NCBI GenBank assembly: GCA_002189035.1
Contig: NEEC01000014.1
Span: 2,418,001 to 2,482,000, forward strand
Source: Utricularia gibba
Taxonomy: Eukaryota > Plantae > Magnoliophyta
Length of the DNA: 64,000 nucleotides
Direction of reading: 5' to 3'
How positions within the stretch are numbered: position 1 is the stretch's first letter; each line of letters starts with the position of its first letter. Positions 61,025 to 64,000 of the stretch are shown in pieces. The notes beneath the pieces were generated by a model that made no database searches, had not been told where the DNA came from, and saw nothing but the letters and a program-made list of their open reading frames with translations. Made by a program: the position numbers and the translations under genes.

Positions 61025-64000
61025 ATGGCTCCGCCCTTCATCTTCCCTCACACTCTAGCCTCTCTTGAGGAAGACAACGACACGGATTACGTGCGCCTCA
61101 CCGTTCAAAATGCTATACAGATTTCTTCTCTCACTGCTGCTGAGCTCGAAGAATTCGTTAAAGGTAAGTTCTATGCCCCAATCATTCGGTTTTTCTCATA
61201 GCAATTCCTGATGTCATTGGAGCAGGGGTATCTTATGATTTGTCCGACAAGGAGATATTCTGCATCGAAGAACAAGAGATTTTCGACCGCGTCTACTCTT
61301 TGGTCAAGGGTTTCTCCAGTCTCAATGCCCGATGCAAGCTCAATTTCGTAGAGTCATTGAGATCTAATATGAGCGTTTTGCTGCCGAGCATCGAATCTCT
61401 CGCTTGCTCACGCGCGTCTCTTTCACGGGATGATGAACATGATGCGCATGGCTGCGATCAGTTTGGCGCTGATAGAGTGGCTTCGCATCGAAATGCTTTC
61501 AAGATTTACACCTTTTTCCTTGTGCACATCGTGCTTATTGCAGAGTCAAGTTCTACTCCCGTCAACAGCACAGCAAAAGTAACGCGAAAATTTTTTTCAG
61601 TTTGATATTTCTTGAGTGCCTTTTTGATACTTTAATCATTGTTGTTGTCTCAAGTCTATTTTTTTCATTCTATAGGTGATTCCCTCTAATAGAAAGAAAA
61701 AAGCGGTACATTCATGGAATTGGGAACCTCAACGCCGTAGGATTTTGAGTTTAATTGCCAATTCGCTAGAGGTCAATCTTCCCTTGCTCTTTGGTTCTAA
61801 TGATCTGGATGAAAACTACTTATCCTTCATGACGAAGTATGTTTCATGGATCTTTTCAATATGGTTGTTGGTTGGTGAATGAGGAATAATGATTGCTGAC
61901 ATTGAAAGTGTATTGTTTCAGAAATGCATTCTCGATGTTCGAGTCAGCGTCGCTGCTAAAAGATCTTGAATCCAGAGAAGCACTATGTCGTATAGTTGGG
62001 ACATGTGCAACGACGTATCACTACCTTTCACAAGCATGTGTTTCTATCATGCATTTGATTCATAAGCATGATTTTGTTGTCACCCCTTTAGCTGATGCTG
62101 TTTTTGGGGCAGAGAAAAAATACTCTGATGGAAGTCTGGCTATCTCTCTCATCAGGGAAATAGGAAGAACAAACCCAAAGGACTATGTAAAGGACACAGT
62201 TGGTGCGGAAAATATTGGTCGCTTTCTCGTAGAATTAGCACACAGATTGCCAAAATTGTTCTCCACTAATATAGGGTTATTAGTTTCGCACTTTGGTGGA
62301 GAATCCTACAAGATCAGGAATGCACTTGTGGGAGTGTTGGGAGAGTTAATTGCAAAAGCATTTACTGATGCCGAAGGTGAAGTTAATTCTAAATCCATTC
62401 GTCTTCGAACAAAACAGGCCATGCTTGAAATCCTCTTGGAGCGATGTCGTGATGTCTCTGCTTATACAAGGAGCCGAGTTCTTCAGGTTTGGACTGATTT
62501 GTGTGAGGGCCTTTCAATACCAATAGGTTTATGGAATGAGGTTGCAACCGTGGCCTCTGGGAGGTTGGAAGATAAGAGTGCAATAGTGAGAAAGTCAGCT
62601 TTAAATTTGCTTATCATGATGCTTCAGCATAACCCGTTTGGACCCCAACTTCGAGTGGCTTCCTTTGAGGCAACTTTGGAACAGTACAAGAAGAAATTGA
62701 ATGAGTTAATTCCCACCCAAAATTTAGATTCACAACTACCATCAGAGAGTGGTGATTCTGGTGTGCATAGTGAGCTTGTTGCTGAAGAGTTTGAGGTGGA
62801 CTCCAAGATTCAGGAGAGCTTGACTGACAGCTGCTTGCCTCCAATGGAAAATGAAGTGCCTGCTTTGGATGATTCCGTACCTGATATTGGAAGTATGGAG
62901 CAAATCCGAGCTTTGGTCGCATCATTGGATGCTGGATTAAGTTTCTCAAAATGTATGTCTGCTACAATGCCCACTCTCGTTCAGTTAATGGCATCTCCAA
63001 CCTCAAGTGATGTGGAAAATACTATTCTTTTGCTCATGAGATGTAGGCAATTTCATGTTGATGGATCAGAAGCCAGCTTACGCAAGATGCTCCCTCTGGT
63101 AATTTCTGGCTCGATAATCAGCTATAACTTAGGATTTGCTTTGCGGATTTTGGTTTGGCCATATTCTTTCCTTATGATCATGCAACACTTTGATTTTTTT
63201 AAGGACTATGATTATCCTTTGTACGTCTTCAGGTATTTTTTCAAGATAAATCAGTGTATGAAGCCGTTGAAAATGCTTTCATTACAATCTATTTGAGGAA
63301 GGGTTCAGTGGAAAGTGCTAGGAACCTTTTGAATCTTGCAGTAGATTCAAATATAGGTGATCTCGCTGCTCTTGAATTCATAGTTGGAGCTTTGGTATCC
63401 AAAGGTCACATTTCTGCAAGCATGGTAAGTTTTACTGCTGTAATAGGCATAATGTGAAAGTTGGTATCAAGATACGGTACAGTAATTTTACTGAGAACAG
63501 TTATAAAAGATTTTACCAAGCATTTCCTATTTGTGATTTATTGTGTTTGCTCATCTTGTCTAGTTAGCAGCACTATGGGATTTTTTTTGCTTTAATATCA
63601 GTGGAACTACTGCCCAGCAAAGTCGTGGCGCATTATCAGTGCTGTGCATGGCAGCTAAGTTGTCCCCTCATATTCTCGGTTCTCACCTACAACACATCAT
63701 TGATATTGGTTTTGGTCGTTGGGCGGCAGTGGAGCCTTTGCTTGCTAGAACAGCATCATTAGCACTCCAGCGGTTGTCTGAAGAAGATAAAATGAAGTTG
63801 CTAACAAGTAACGGAAACCGTGTCATTGGTATTCTTGAAGACTTAGTGTGTGGTTTTTCACTTCCAGACAATATTTGGTATGCAGCTGCAAACGAAGCAA
63901 TAGCTGCTCTATATGCTATCCATACCTCTCCTGAAACAGTAGGTGCAGATTTAGTGAAAAGATCCCTGAAGTCTCTGTTTCCTTCCAGTGAGGGTGAAAT
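61025..64000 (+). CDS. CAP-D2: Condensin I subunit CAP-D2 (NCAPD2/CND1), 5' part; continues past the window end
   Basis: MAPPFIFP...LEEFVK|GVSYDLSDKEIFCIEEQ; SHRNAFKIYTFFL; WNWEPQRRR; HFGGESYKIRNALVGVLG; LLERCRDVSAYTRSRVLQVW; RLEDKSAIVRKSALNLL. Six exons joined in frame to the window edge. Confidence 0.96.

Noticed and set aside
1-64000. tRNA, rRNA, snRNA, CRISPR or transposase/retroelement coding sequence
   Set aside because: I saw no tRNA A/B-box cloverleaf, rRNA signature, spaced repeat array or RT/integrase/transposase motif by eye. tRNAscan-SE, Infernal and RepeatMasker runs would be needed to exclude small RNAs.

Overview
Gene-dense, intron-containing nuclear DNA from a flowering plant with a compact genome. 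I cannot determine the species from the sequence. I can trace 16 conserved protein-coding genes by hand. In order: the 3' part of MOM1 (+), GBSS/Waxy (-), rhodanese STR9 (+), TBCC-domain protein (-), GLDH (-), NRPE5-like Pol V subunit (-), BRCA2 (+), importin-4 (-), a short WEB-family gene (+), a BAM/CLV1-class LRR receptor kinase (-), TAF11 (+), PS decarboxylase PSD2/3 (-), a CRM-domain protein (+), ERGIC3 (-), a KIN-7O/CENP-E-like kinesin (-), and the 5' part of condensin CAP-D2 (+). There is one Tourist-like MITE. I found no tRNA, rRNA, CRISPR array or autonomous transposon. I see no convincing novel multi-gene system. The main second-look items are: (i) single-base frameshifts in STR9, NRPE5 and PSD2 plus a broken MOM1 C-terminus, most simply assembly indel errors but untested; (ii) two short copies of PSD exon sequence lying 72-78 nt downstream of their source; (iii) an unassigned, splice-consistent candidate small membrane/GPI-type gene at 45.8-46.6 kb; (iv) GC-AG introns and a stopless 3n intron in BRCA2; (v) head-to-head gene pairs with E2F/MSA/site-II motifs. 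Gene identities come from my recollection of family sequences, not from database searches.
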